A stretch of 64,000 nt of DNA from an uncultured delta proteobacterium (GTDB lineage: Bacteria; Desulfobacterota; Desulfobacteria; Desulfobacterales; QNYZ01): contig CAWJQU010000002.1 in NCBI GenBank assembly GCA_963845145.1, positions 352,001 to 416,000 on the forward strand. Reading direction: 5' to 3'. The notes under the pieces were generated by a model that was given only the letters and a program-made list of their open reading frames with translations, was not told where the DNA came from and made no database searches. Positions 31,904 to 42,505 of this stretch are shown here, one piece after another; the first letter of the stretch is position 1; every line of letters starts with the position of its first letter. Both the position numbers and the translations under genes were made by a program.

Positions 31904-33244
31904 ATGAGAGCAAAAGAAGGGTCTGAAATAACCGATACATTCACTAATAAATTGGACAATTTTTTGAGTCCCTTTGAGCTTGATCTTGAAGAAAAATCAA
32001 AAAGAATTCTTTCTGGGTTTTTAGTGATTTTCACCGCTCCAGTTTTGCTCGTATTTTCTGCAATTCATCTCGTAAGAGCAGATTACCTTTTAGGTATCTT
32101 TCTTCTAATTACTGGATTTGCACTGGTTGCCTCCATTACAATCCTTAGAAACTTTAAAAGTGTAACAATATTCTCCCGGATTAATATAAGTCTTGTAGGG
32201 ATTCTCTTCATTTATTTGTTGGCAGGAAGCGGACCGCACGGGTACATGGCGCATTGGATCTATGTATATCCGCTGGTCACTTTTTTTATGCTCGGTCGAT
32301 ATGAAGGGCTTTATTACAATTCTATATTTTATCTTATCATACTTATCTTTCTTTTATTTCAGAATTTTCTATCATTGACAACAGTTCATGTAATTGAGTT
32401 TAAAGCCAGGTTCCTTGTTTCGTTGTTTTTAGTTATAGTTCTTTCGTACACATTTGAATTTGTTCGCCACAAGTTTAAAGAGGGTATAGACAGAAAACAG
32501 CTTGAACTTGAAGAATCTAAAAAGGAAGCTGAAAGGGCAAACGAGATCAAAAGTGAATTTCTGGCCAACATGAGCCACGAGCTAAGAACACCTTTGAACC
32601 ATATAATCGGGTTTACAGAGGTGGTAGTGGATGAGCATTTTGGTGAACTTAATAGCCAGCAAAAAGAATATCTCGGTGATTCCTTGGCCAGTAGCAGCCA
32701 TCTCCTGTCGTTAATTAATGACATTCTGGACTTGTCCAAGGTTGAAGCTGGCAAAATGGATCTGAAATACTCAACTATTGATTTAAAAGCTCTTTTGGAG
32801 AAAAGCTTGGTCATGGTTAAAGAAAAAGCATTGAAACGAAATATAGATCTGTTGATCGAAACAAATAGTATTCCAGAAAGTGCCGAAGTAGATGAGCGCA
32901 AGCTCAAGCAAATTATGTACAACCTTTTATCCAATGCGGTAAAATTTACACCCAAGAGGGGGACGGTATCGGTAAGAGCTCAGACATGCGATTCAAGTGG
33001 CGTTAAAATAAGTGTATCCGACACGGGTATAGGCATTTTACCGGAAATTTTGGCTAGAATATTTCGTCCTTTTGAACAGGTGGAAAACTCAAAAAGTCGC
33101 AAATATCAAGGAACCGGGATAGGGCTTTCGCTTACCAAGAAGCTGGTTGAACTCCATGGCGGACAAATTTGGGTGGAAAGTGAGGGCGAGGGTATGGGGG
33201 CAACTTTTAATTTAACTATTCCTTATAGTCCCAACGAACAGTAA
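31904..33244 (+). CDS. Membrane sensor histidine kinase
   Basis: Multiple TM helices; [33 protein letters not shown]. Confidence 0.92.
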   Translation: MRAKEGSEITDTFTNKLDNFLSPFELDLEEKSKRILSGFLVIFTAPVLLVFSAIHLVRADYLLGIFLLITGFALVASITILRNFKSVTIFSRINISLVGILFIYLLAGSGPHGYMAHWIYVYPLVTFFMLGRYEGLYYNSIFYLIILIFLLFQNFLSLTTVHVIEFKARFLVSLFLVIVLSYTFEFVRHKFKEGIDRKQLELEESKKEAERANEIKSEFLANMSHELRTPLNHIIGFTEVVVDEHFGELNSQQKEYLGDSLASSSHLLSLINDILDLSKVEAGKMDLKYSTIDLKALLEKSLVMVKEKALKRNIDLLIETNSIPESAEVDERKLKQIMYNLLSNAVKFTPKRGTVSVRAQTCDSSGVKISVSDTGIGILPEILARIFRPFEQVENSKSRKYQGTGIGLSLTKKLVELHGGQIWVESEGEGMGATFNLTIPYSPNEQ

Positions 33245-33266
33245 ACTTAAAATTCGGAGAATCAGC

Positions 33267-33335
33267 GTGGAACAAAAAACCGTCTTAGTTATTGAGGACA
33301 ATGAGCTAAATATAAAACTGGTAATTGGCCGGTAA
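33267..33335 (+). pseudogene. Truncated single-domain response regulator (DivK-like N-terminus)
   Basis: GGAG RBS then MEQKTVLVIEDNELNIKLVIGR*. Confidence 0.7.
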
Positions 33336-33390
33336 AAAATGAGCGTGCGAATTATTATGATAAACCAATTTTAAGAAGCAACACTATAAA

Positions 33391-35436
33391 ATGCAAAAAA
33401 AAACTATTACCGATACTTTCCAACAATCCGTCTGTCCTGAGACACGTCATTTAATTTTCCAGAGACAGGATTGGAAGAATGTTTCGTTCGGTGGTAACTA
33501 TTGTGCCAATTTTTCTCTGATTGGGGAAGGCATTATTTTATCACAACCATCTGGAACCGCAACATTGTCGGACACGCAAAAGTCATTAGTGCTTAATAAA
33601 ACTGTGATCGATGAGGCCATCAAACCTAAGGGAATCTACGTACAAATCGAAGATTTCAAGCGACTTAAAACAGTCAAACTTGAAGCTCGTAAACACTATA
33701 TCGAATATCTTCGAACCAGAAGCAGGTTACGAGGAATGGTCTTTTACAATCTGAGCCAATTACTCAAACTTAGTGTAAAGTTGGGAAGCAAAATAAACTA
33801 TTTTGGGTTTCCAGTGGTCATAGCCAGTAGCTACGCTGATGCTATAAAAAAAGCAGACAATATTCTTTATAATATCGGAGTCACATCAGACAATCTCTCC
33901 GCTTCCGTTCAAAATTATAAAAAGCTAACGAGAACCAGTAAAGCCCATCTGTGGAAAATTCAGGCGGATGATTTTCAACTTGATTACTCAATCATTGATG
34001 GTCGCATTATACATGCAATATCAAAAGGCCGATTGAGAATGCATCATCTAACAGAAATGTTTAAAATTAACGAACAGATTCTCAATACACTGGATTGTCC
34101 TATTAATCATTGTTCTTTCCTGTTTAATATTGGCAAAACTCACAGTTCAAGTGTTCAGTTTCGCAAGCAATATATAGCTCACATCAAAGCCATGCATGAA
34201 ATGTATCCCTTTCATGGCGTGGCATTTTATGGCGGAAGTCGTTTAGTAAATGTTGCAATACAACTAACTCGATCACAAGTACCGTGTAAATTGTATGTCC
34301 ATCGGGATTTCGATGGTGCTATTGCATGTTTGAATCATGTAATGAATTCTTTACCTCCTCCAACCATCAATTCTTCTGAACCATTGATGGTTTACCCAGA
34401 GGAGATAGACGAACTTCTTGTTCACTTTGGTCAAATTGACTGGGATAATAAAGGTAATACTTTAAATTTACCTAACATTTCGGAAACTAATCCTCTAGGG
34501 GCTGTATATGATGCGGCTTCACTAATTAAAGCAGAGCTTCGTCAATTGTTCAATGAGCGAGAACTTGCTCAAACAGAATTGCAGAAGGCTCATGATGAAC
34601 TTGAGCATCGGGTTTCCGAACGTACCTTGCAAATGGAAAACGCTAAAATAGATGCAGAAAATGCTAAAAAAGAAGCAGAAAAAGCCAACCTTGCCAAGAG
34701 TGAATTCTTAGCCAATATGAGCCATGAACTAAGAACACCGATGAACCATATTATTGGATTTACAGAAATCATACTAGATAAAAACTTTGGCGAGTTAAAC
34801 AAAACCCAGGAGGAGTATCTAAACGACGTACTATCCAGCGGCGAACATTTACTGTCATTGATTAATGACGTACTGGATCTATCTAAGATAGAAGCAGGTA
34901 AATTGGAACTAGAGTATTCAGATGTAAATTTAGGGTTACTTTTAGAAAATGGCTTGATTATAGTTAAAGAAAAAGCGCTGAAAAAAAAAATAGGATTGTC
35001 GGTTGACATAAATGGTATTCCTGAAACGATCAAAGCGGATGAACGTAAACTGAAACAGATCCAATATAATCTTCTATCAAATGCTGTTAAATTTACACCT
35101 CATCATGGAAAAATCCATGTGACCGCTCGTATTTGTGAACCAGACAAAGATAAATATTCGGTTTCTGGGATGTCATTGCAACATATTATAATGGTAAGTA
35201 TTTCCGACACAGGTATAGGTCTTTCTGATGAGGATATTGACCGAATTTTCAATCCCTTTGAGCAGGTAGAAACCTCAACTAGCCGTAAATTCCAAGGTAC
35301 TGGTCTAGGGCTGTCATTAACCAAAACACTGGTAGAGATGCATGGTGGACAAATTTGGGTGGAAAGCGACGGCGAAAACATGGGAACAACTTTTAATTTT
35401 ACCATTCCTTATAAAACTAACGAACAGATAGCTTAA
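33391..35436 (+). CDS. Cytoplasmic sensor histidine kinase with tandem STAS/SEC14-like N-terminal repeats
   Basis: [28 protein letters not shown]; no TM; two related N-terminal blocks. Confidence 0.88.
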   Translation: MQKKTITDTFQQSVCPETRHLIFQRQDWKNVSFGGNYCANFSLIGEGIILSQPSGTATLSDTQKSLVLNKTVIDEAIKPKGIYVQIEDFKRLKTVKLEARKHYIEYLRTRSRLRGMVFYNLSQLLKLSVKLGSKINYFGFPVVIASSYADAIKKADNILYNIGVTSDNLSASVQNYKKLTRTSKAHLWKIQADDFQLDYSIIDGRIIHAISKGRLRMHHLTEMFKINEQILNTLDCPINHCSFLFNIGKTHSSSVQFRKQYIAHIKAMHEMYPFHGVAFYGGSRLVNVAIQLTRSQVPCKLYVHRDFDGAIACLNHVMNSLPPPTINSSEPLMVYPEEIDELLVHFGQIDWDNKGNTLNLPNISETNPLGAVYDAASLIKAELRQLFNERELAQTELQKAHDELEHRVSERTLQMENAKIDAENAKKEAEKANLAKSEFLANMSHELRTPMNHIIGFTEIILDKNFGELNKTQEEYLNDVLSSGEHLLSLINDVLDLSKIEAGKLELEYSDVNLGLLLENGLIIVKEKALKKKIGLSVDINGIPETIKADERKLKQIQYNLLSNAVKFTPHHGKIHVTARICEPDKDKYSVSGMSLQHIIMVSISDTGIGLSDEDIDRIFNPFEQVETSTSRKFQGTGLGLSLTKTLVEMHGGQIWVESDGENMGTTFNFTIPYKTNEQIA

Positions 35437-35960
35437 AATTCGGAGAATCAGCTTGGAACACTCAGTACCTGAAGTGAAGGAAATACTTTGATTAGGAATC
35501 TACTTAGTTATCCGGCTTCTGGAAGAGTGGGTACAATTGTATCCAAATTATTTGTGACTTACGCTAACGAATTTGCATATTGTATAAATATCTTCCAAAT
35601 TCCCTCTGCTCATTACAGTACGCTTCTAAAGTTCCAAAGCCTAAAATCTCCTTATAAAGTCAGCGATCTCGAATCTCATTGGACGATTTTTCGATCTTCA
35701 GTTCCAACCACCACACAATTTAATAGAATTTTATACAAAATGCTCTACTGCCCTCATTATTTTTTTTCCTTATCATTTACAGAATAATGCCGATAGCATG
35801 ATTAGAGCATAATATCTAAAAAGAGGTACATTTAAAGAGAAACACACAACCTTTAATTTTGCACAATCAGAGCAACCGCCCAGCCTCCTATTCGCTTGGC
35901 CGAAAAGAAATAAAGTTGTAAAAAGCGATCACTTAAATTTACAAGGAAATAATCCATAAC

Positions 35961-36347
35961 ATGGCTCCAACTATTGGAAAGAGAAATAAAGACAGATTTC
36001 AAGTGATGAATTGCAATGTCCGACTAGAATCAAAAGGGTTTTTGGGATTTTTCGGAAATCAGATGCATTGTGCCTCACTCATCAATTTAAGTGCTACCGG
36101 TATACAGATAGTCTCTTACGATATGCTGAAAAACAAAAAACAATACGATATTGTCATATATTCACCGGCATTTAGTAACCCGATTTCAACTAAAGGCCGG
36201 GTTGTTTGGCAAAAACCTCATGCTGGAAACGATCGGAAGCAATACTACCGAATTGGTTTTGAGTTTACCTATTTCAAAGGTCCCTCCATGGAGCAAATCC
36301 AAAAACTTGAAGATGATCCTAGCTTACGGAAGTTAAAAAGGGATTGA
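35961..36347 (+). CDS. PilZ domain protein
   Basis: RNKDR (RxxxR), NLSATG (D/NxSxxG), GRVVW, IGFEF. Confidence 0.8.
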   Translation: MAPTIGKRNKDRFQVMNCNVRLESKGFLGFFGNQMHCASLINLSATGIQIVSYDMLKNKKQYDIVIYSPAFSNPISTKGRVVWQKPHAGNDRKQYYRIGFEFTYFKGPSMEQIQKLEDDPSLRKLKRD

Positions 36348-36837
36348 TTTGATTATAGAGATTTCAATTAAGTGATAAAATGGCAGAGTTCGAGCGTATA
36401 GCTTCAACAGTCCTGCAGATATCAGGCCTTTAATTTTCCTGATAGATAATCATAACGGATCAAATTTTGGAAAGACAGCATTTCCCGTGGTACGCTGGGG
36501 ATAATTAGAGCATATCGGCAATTAATATTATAATAGCAATTATTTAGGTGTTCTGAGTAAATCTGTATTCTGAGGCTTATCTGTGTCAAGGGTTTGCTGT
36601 AGAAATTGATAGTATATAGAAAAGGCTATTTTTTTGTCCTAATTTGGGATGTTAACAAGATGTCAATTGAATATCAATGTTAGAAATAAAAAAATAAAGA
36701 CAGCAAAAAACCTTAAAAGTACATTGATTCTATCATAAAAACTCGGTATGTCTCGAAAATCTATATTAGATGACTTATGGCGCAAAATAAGAGACCTTCG
36801 CGACGATAATAACTCGAACCATTGAAAGTGAATAATC

Positions 36838-37248
36838 GTGAGAAAAAGACGGGTTTTAATCTTTGAAGATGAAGAGCCATTGAGGGATCTTTTTGCGCTA
36901 ATCATCGAACGCCATGGTTGCGACGTGGTTTTTTATGAAAGCCCGATTCATTTCCCTATTCATATTTGTAATGATTGTCTGAAAAACAGAAATAAGCCGT
37001 GTGCCGATATATTACTCACGGATATCGTCATGCCTAAAGTCTCTGGTCTTGATTTTATCGAAGACCGGCTAATCAAAGGTTGCAAGATCCCAGAAATCGG
37101 GATCATGTCCGGATTTTGGACGTATGATAAAATTATTCGTGCTGAAAAACTGGGTTGTACTTTGTTAGATAAACCGGTTTCGGTGGCCAGACTAATCAAT
37201 TGGTTAAAAGAGAGTATGAGTAAACTCAATAATACCAAAAAAGATTGA
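36838..37248 (+). CDS. Single-domain response regulator with Cys-rich insertion
   Basis: LIFEDE, LTDIVMP, MSG, KP; insertion HICNDCLKNRNKPC. Confidence 0.85.
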   Translation: MRKRRVLIFEDEEPLRDLFALIIERHGCDVVFYESPIHFPIHICNDCLKNRNKPCADILLTDIVMPKVSGLDFIEDRLIKGCKIPEIGIMSGFWTYDKIIRAEKLGCTLLDKPVSVARLINWLKESMSKLNNTKKD

Positions 37249-37376
37249 ATATCGTCATTACGAATATTAAGAGTTCACGTTTTTTCCGGCCAATTCAATT
37301 ATGTTATAGTAATGGAACCTGTAATAAGGTTTACTATCTCTAACGATGTTGTAAATATCAATTCAATTCCATAAAA

Positions 37377-37817
37377 ATGAAAAACCCAAAAAGTATTGAA
37401 ATTCGGGAGGTAAAACAAGAAGAAGTTGACAAGCTTAAAAGGGTTAACGTGGCATTAAAAGAACTTACGTTTACTTTGGCAAAAATTGGTATGTTCAGAA
37501 AGAAAGAGATTATTGGGGAAAAAGAAGAGATCCTGAGTGATGCTCTTAAGAAGGGGGTAAAGTCTCTAGAAGAAATTCACACTAAGTGGAGAAATCTTGC
37601 TGAAAAAATAAAAAACAAAAGGGATAAATATGAAAAAGCTATTTCTTTAGTTAAAGGGATAGTCGATATTTTAAGTGAAATTAAATTGAAGAAAGCCACG
37701 ATACCACCTGATGATTATCAAGCACTAGTTGATGAATTCGAAAAAAGTTACGAGCCACTAAATAAAATTATTAATTCATGGGGAGACATGCTTAGAACTG
37801 GTTTCAAAACCTCATAA
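37377..37817 (+). CDS. Hypothetical helical protein (AT-rich)
   Basis: 146-aa ORF, K/E-rich, coiled-coil-like. Confidence 0.55.
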   Translation: MKNPKSIEIREVKQEEVDKLKRVNVALKELTFTLAKIGMFRKKEIIGEKEEILSDALKKGVKSLEEIHTKWRNLAEKIKNKRDKYEKAISLVKGIVDILSEIKLKKATIPPDDYQALVDEFEKSYEPLNKIINSWGDMLRTGFKTS

Positions 37818-38068
37818 ATATAGGCCGATTTCAGGATTGGCACAATATATTGTATATACAATAAGTTATGCATTATAATTTAAAAATTAAAATTGTCTGC
37901 ATAAAGAGGCTTTGCTGATTTCAAGAAAAAAGATAATTTTTTAGACTCAAAATTGTAGATTAGCTCCAACTAATCAGTATCCTGCTGGAATAATCTATAA
38001 TTATGATAACACTTTCATATCAGATATCTGAAAAGTCGGTAATTCAATGCAATATTATTATAAATGGC

Positions 38069-38599
38069 TTAGGGCTGATTCAACCTTTCAACATATTGTC
38101 CTCTGTGGACTTGGCGGCGAGGGATCTCTGGGTTGCAAGTTTTCCTGATTTGATCCTGCTCAACGTTGAGTTGTTTTGCTTTACGCTTGGTGGTCTTCTG
38201 GTGTAAATTTCTGGATTCTTTTTTCTCTCCTTTATTTCCGCTTCCATTCACAAAAACGACTAACTCTCCGACCATACTCTGCATTTTCTTAGCCTGTGAA
38301 CTCATCTCCACTGAGGACGTCGATGAAGCTTCGGCATTGGCCGCATTTTGCTGAGTGATCCGATCAATTTCAGTGACGGATTGATTGACTTGTCCAATCC
38401 GTTGGGATTGCTCTCCAGATGCTGCGGTGATCTCCTCAACCAGATCACCGACACTGACCGCTTTTTCGGAGACCTCGTCAAAATTGGCACGGGCCTCTGA
38501 TACGAGTTTGGAAACATCCCTGACTTTTTGGATTGTACCTTCAATTAAATCGGCCGTATTTTTCGCCGCATTCCCGGTCGGCCAGGATCTTACCTGCAT
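38069..38599 (-). pseudogene. Methyl-accepting chemotaxis protein, C-terminal fragment
   Basis: AAKNTADLIE, EITAASGEQSQRIGQVN, TQQNAANAE; upstream GFAVVA core and sensor region missing. Confidence 0.85.
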
Positions 38600-39353
38600 T
38601 TTCTAATGGCTTTACTGATTTTGACATATTTTACATCTTTTTAAGCGTTAAAAGCTTGCGGAATTCGCAGAAATTTATCCGTTCTGGAATATTAAATCGG
38701 CACTTTTCTGAGTAACTTGAGAAAAAACATTGATTACTTAAAATTATAATATGGGGAGGGTTCTAAACCACAGCGTGAAAGCGGCTTAAAAGGTCTTGCC
38801 AGCCACTAAACGGTAGGAAATGTCCGGTTCAAACGGGTAAAGCTATCATTGGTCGAATAGACAAATTCTGATGTGATAATGGATATACAGTCTGAAACTT
38901 AAGCCTCCAAAAACCAAGAGTATCTTTTGTAGATCACAATCTTTCCAAAACATGCGATAAGAGAATAATAGTAAATTTCGGTCAAATGGTCATTCATTAA
39001 TTAGCCGCTCGGTCTCGTTTGTCTCATAGTTTTCATGTTTTGATACTCTCCAGTTTTAAAAATATGGTGATTAACTAAACAAGAAGGCGAAAAGGAAAAA
39101 ACACAGATCAAAAGCTGGAGGCTGGAATCAATCGATCTGATTTTCAATAGTGATAGGGATCTTTAATGAATATCAGTTATACAGCTAACTTTACAATTCA
39201 ATATGAACTCACTTTAACATGCGAACTTGCATATACGATAGCCTTAGCGCCATATCTATGATCACGGCGAGGGGGAGCATGCATAGATTTCCTTTAGCAT
39301 TTCAGGTGGGTAAATTGATCTAACCCTGCGAGACAACCTCCCCAATTTTAACC

Positions 39354-39403
39354 TTGACATTTGTCCCTTCGAAACTTAATATATGATCAATTGTTCATAT
39401 ATT
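39354..39403 (+). promoter_or_regulatory. Sigma70 promoter overlapped by SmtB/CadC-type operator
   Basis: TTGACA 39354-39359, 17-bp spacer, TAATAT; near-perfect palindrome AATATATGATCAATTGTTCATATATT at 39378-39403. Confidence 0.8.
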
Positions 39404-39416
39404 TAAGGATAGTCCC

Positions 39417-39791
39417 ATGCAACCCAACCCTGTTTCATGTACCGATGACGATTTATGCGATGTCCGGCACATCCATCTCAATCGTGTTCGTGAGGCCCGG
39501 CGGACCCGGTTGTCGGAAAAGGAAACCGGACGACTGGCCGCCATTTTCAAAATTCTCGGCGACCCCACCCGGCTGGGTATCGTTACCGCTTTGCGTGATG
39601 ACGAAATGTGTGTCTGCGACTTGGCGGCCTATTTGAAAATGACCGAATCGGCCATTTCTCATCAACTCAGGCGGATGCGGGATCTGGACATTGTGAAAAA
39701 GCGCCGCGAAGGACAAGTGCTTTACTATTCCCTGGCAGATACCCACATAGAGGAACTCTTAGAGATCGCGCTAAGCCATGTGAGGGAATAA
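39417..39791 (+). CDS. ArsR/SmtB family metal-sensing repressor
   Basis: FKILGDPTRL, EMCVCDLA, SAISHQLR, YYSLADTH. Confidence 0.93.
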   Translation: MQPNPVSCTDDDLCDVRHIHLNRVREARRTRLSEKETGRLAAIFKILGDPTRLGIVTALRDDEMCVCDLAAYLKMTESAISHQLRRMRDLDIVKKRREGQVLYYSLADTHIEELLEIALSHVRE

Positions 39792-40015
39792 GAACCAGTC
39801 GGCCCGTCAGCCGGTCTCCCCGTGGACCCGTTGTAAGAAAAGCGACCTTTCAGATACAAATAGGAAAGTGGATTCCACTATTGCTCAATTCAAAAAACGA
39901 GACGATTCGTACCGACAATAGCGATGCGTTCACCGATTCCAGGCGAAAGGCGGATTCCAGAGACCTCGCGTTAGTTTTTTTTGTAACCACCTAACCATAG
40001 AGACGGAAAACGATC

Positions 40016-41131
40016 ATGTCACTCATTCTCAATATATTTCTCGAAGCCTGGCACCTGCTCACCGAATCGGCACCGTACATCCTTTTCGGGCTGATTGTGG
40101 GTGGTATGCTGCACATGTTTTTAAACCCCGGTACCGTGGCCAAACATCTGGGACGGGGACGGTTCATGTCGGTTTTCAAATCGGCCCTTTTAGGTATTCC
40201 AATCCCCTTATGCTCTTGCGGGGTGCTACCGGCAGCGGCTTCCTTAAAAAAACAGGGCGCCAACAACGGGGCCACCACAGCTTTCCTGATTTCCACGCCG
40301 GAATCGGGTGTAGATTCCATGGCCATCACTTATGCCCTCTTAGACCCATTGATGACAGTCGCCCGGCCGGTGGCGGCCTTTATCACAGCCACGGTCGCCG
40401 GTATCACCGAAAACCTGTTCCCGGGCGCCCACCAGGGCGAAACCCAACCGGATCTGTCTTGTCCGGTGGACGGGTGCTGCGACGGCATTGATTGTGCCCC
40501 GGATATCCATAAAAATCATCATAGCTTTGCCGAGAGGATTAAATCGGGGTGCGTATATGCTGTCGTGGAGATTTGGGGGGATCTGGCCCGCTGGTTTTTC
40601 ATTGGGCTGTTGCTGGCCGGCGTGATCAGCGCATCGATTCCCGATACCGTTTTCGAACGCTATCTGGGATCTGGCCTGCCGGCCATGCTAATCATGCTCG
40701 CTATCGGCATTCCGATGTATATCTGTGCCACGGCCTCCACACCGATCGCCGCGGCTTTGATATTAAAGGGAGTCAGCCCTGGCGCCGCCCTGGTCTTTCT
40801 TCTGGCTGGGCCGGCCACCAATATCACCTCGTTAACGGTTTTAACCGGCGTGCTGGGTCGACGAGCGACGAGTATTTATCTGGTCACCATCGCCGTTATG
40901 TCGGTGGCACTTGGACTGGCGCTGGACCAAGTCTATTTATGGTCGGGAATATCCGCGCAAGCAGTTGCCGGTACCGCCGCTGAATTTATGCCCGCCTGGC
41001 TAGAAATCGTTTCGACCCTGTTGCTTCTGGCCCTATCCATCAAGCCGATATTTGGTGGAGTGATAAGCCGGTTTTCGTCCAATCAACCCCAACAGACACC
41101 CTGTTGTTCGGATATGCGGGGGTCTACTTGA
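40016..41131 (+). CDS. DUF318/SO_0444-type metal efflux permease; may extend to 41143 if the TGA encodes Sec
   Basis: PLCSCGVLP, STPESGVDS, YICATASTP, GPATN; Cys/His-rich central loop. Confidence 0.9.
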   Translation: MSLILNIFLEAWHLLTESAPYILFGLIVGGMLHMFLNPGTVAKHLGRGRFMSVFKSALLGIPIPLCSCGVLPAAASLKKQGANNGATTAFLISTPESGVDSMAITYALLDPLMTVARPVAAFITATVAGITENLFPGAHQGETQPDLSCPVDGCCDGIDCAPDIHKNHHSFAERIKSGCVYAVVEIWGDLARWFFIGLLLAGVISASIPDTVFERYLGSGLPAMLIMLAIGIPMYICATASTPIAAALILKGVSPGAALVFLLAGPATNITSLTVLTGVLGRRATSIYLVTIAVMSVALGLALDQVYLWSGISAQAVAGTAAEFMPAWLEIVSTLLLLALSIKPIFGGVISRFSSNQPQQTPCCSDMRGST

Positions 41132-41172
41132 GGGTCCGCTTAGGGGTTCGGTCGAACCCCACACTTTAGGAC
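41129..41172 (+). promoter_or_regulatory. Candidate bacterial SECIS element
   Basis: TGA 41129-41131; stem GGGGTTC / GAACCCC with GGTC loop starting 18 nt after the UGA; lower GTCC/GGAC pairing; no U-tract on either strand. Confidence 0.5.
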
Positions 41173-41248
41173 AATCCATATTACAGGACGACCCACATTA
41201 CAGGGCAACCAGAGACGACAGGTTAATCCATACGCGTACCCAGATGGG

Positions 41249-42280
41249 TCATTTAGGGTGGGTCATTTCCGGGGCATCTATTCGTTTCAGCAAAAAGTGA
41301 AATTCTTGGTCTTTGACATTTCCCTGCCAATGGCCGGTAACACGGGCCAAATAAACGGATCCTACAAAAAGCACCAAAACAATCGCGGCAACGGAAACCG
41401 TGGACCATACATTATGCCGCAAGCCGGCTGTTTTTAATTGAAGGGCACCAGGCACCGGGCATGCGTTCGTACATTCCATACAACCAATGCATTCAGCGCT
41501 TCTAATTCGCGATTTTTTATCCACCGGCAGATAGTAGGCGCATTGTTTGGCACACTTGCCGCAATCGATACAGTGATGCTCGTTTCGATGAACGCGGGTG
41601 GGGCCCACAAATGCAAAGATTCCCATCAAGGCACCGTATGGGCATAAATAACGGCACCAAAAGTTACGAACAAACAACGAGGCCGCAGTGATAACCAAAA
41701 GAACAGCGGCCGTTAGCGTCGTCATGCGGGTGAAAAAATGGAGCATCTTTACATCCGAAACCTTGTAGTAAGGGCTGTGAATGAACGCTTCGATGGCGGC
41801 ATGGTCCATGTTAAAAATCACCCAGACGAAAAAGCCCAAGAGTAGATACTTGATAGAGCGCAAGGGATAATCAACCCAGATCGGTAATCGAAAATTTTGC
41901 CCCATAAAGCGTCCACCCAGTTTCCAAACCCATTCGGAGAGGGTCCCCACGGGACAGATCCAGCCACAAAACGATTTACATAAAACCCATGAAAGCAACG
42001 AGGCCACCCCAAGAATGACCATGGCGGCCGGATGTACAGGGTCCCAGGTTCCGGTGATCAGAAACGATTTCCATCCCATGAGCGCCCCGATGGGTAAAAA
42101 GCCTTCCACGCCGGGCGGCCTTTGAATTGTGACACCCATCGGATCGTCCATCTGAACCACATAGGCCGCAAACTGAAGCCCCACCGCCAAGGTCACAATA
42201 AAAAAGCCCAACTGCACCCAGAACCGAATTGAGTGTTTTTGACGACCAATCGTTTTTGGAGATTTCTTATGGTTATTCAT
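41249..42280 (-). CDS. Membrane 4Fe-4S binding protein (NapH/YccM-like)
   Basis: FCGWICP, WCRYLCP, CIDCGKCAKQC, CIGCMECTNACP; TM helices. Confidence 0.9.
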   Translation of the reverse strand: MNNHKKSPKTIGRQKHSIRFWVQLGFFIVTLAVGLQFAAYVVQMDDPMGVTIQRPPGVEGFLPIGALMGWKSFLITGTWDPVHPAAMVILGVASLLSWVLCKSFCGWICPVGTLSEWVWKLGGRFMGQNFRLPIWVDYPLRSIKYLLLGFFVWVIFNMDHAAIEAFIHSPYYKVSDVKMLHFFTRMTTLTAAVLLVITAASLFVRNFWCRYLCPYGALMGIFAFVGPTRVHRNEHHCIDCGKCAKQCAYYLPVDKKSRIRSAECIGCMECTNACPVPGALQLKTAGLRHNVWSTVSVAAIVLVLFVGSVYLARVTGHWQGNVKDQEFHFLLKRIDAPEMTHPK

Positions 42281-42314
42281 AGTGGATTACCTTAGAATCA
42301 GCGAGCGTTGAAAG

Positions 42315-42332
42315 CCTTGACTTAGATCAAGG
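42315..42332. promoter_or_regulatory. CRP/FNR-family-like binding site
   Basis: CCTTGACTTAGATCAAGG palindrome (TTGA-N6-TCAA) 35-52 bp upstream of the 4Fe-4S gene start. Confidence 0.5.
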
Positions 42333-42505
42333 CGCTTTCATTTTCGATTCTATACCTGTCCGGACAAAGCATGGAAAAATCCCGATGGAAACCGACACCG
42401 ACTTGACGAGGAGAATTGATAATCCTGACTTCAAGGTACAAAAGCTAAGCATATCGAAAGGGTGAGAAATAATGTATACTGCCAATTGAAAAACATCATC
42501 CACCC

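Noticed and set aside
35488..35787. 99-aa ORF after the second kinase
   Set aside because: Atypical composition, no motif, AT-rich intergenic context
16030..39350. Prophage or integrative element
   Set aside because: No integrase, phage or conjugation genes, tRNA target or att repeats seen
41177..41222. Short repeats (ATTACAGG twice, GACGAC twice)
   Set aside because: Too short and irregular for a CRISPR array or iterons
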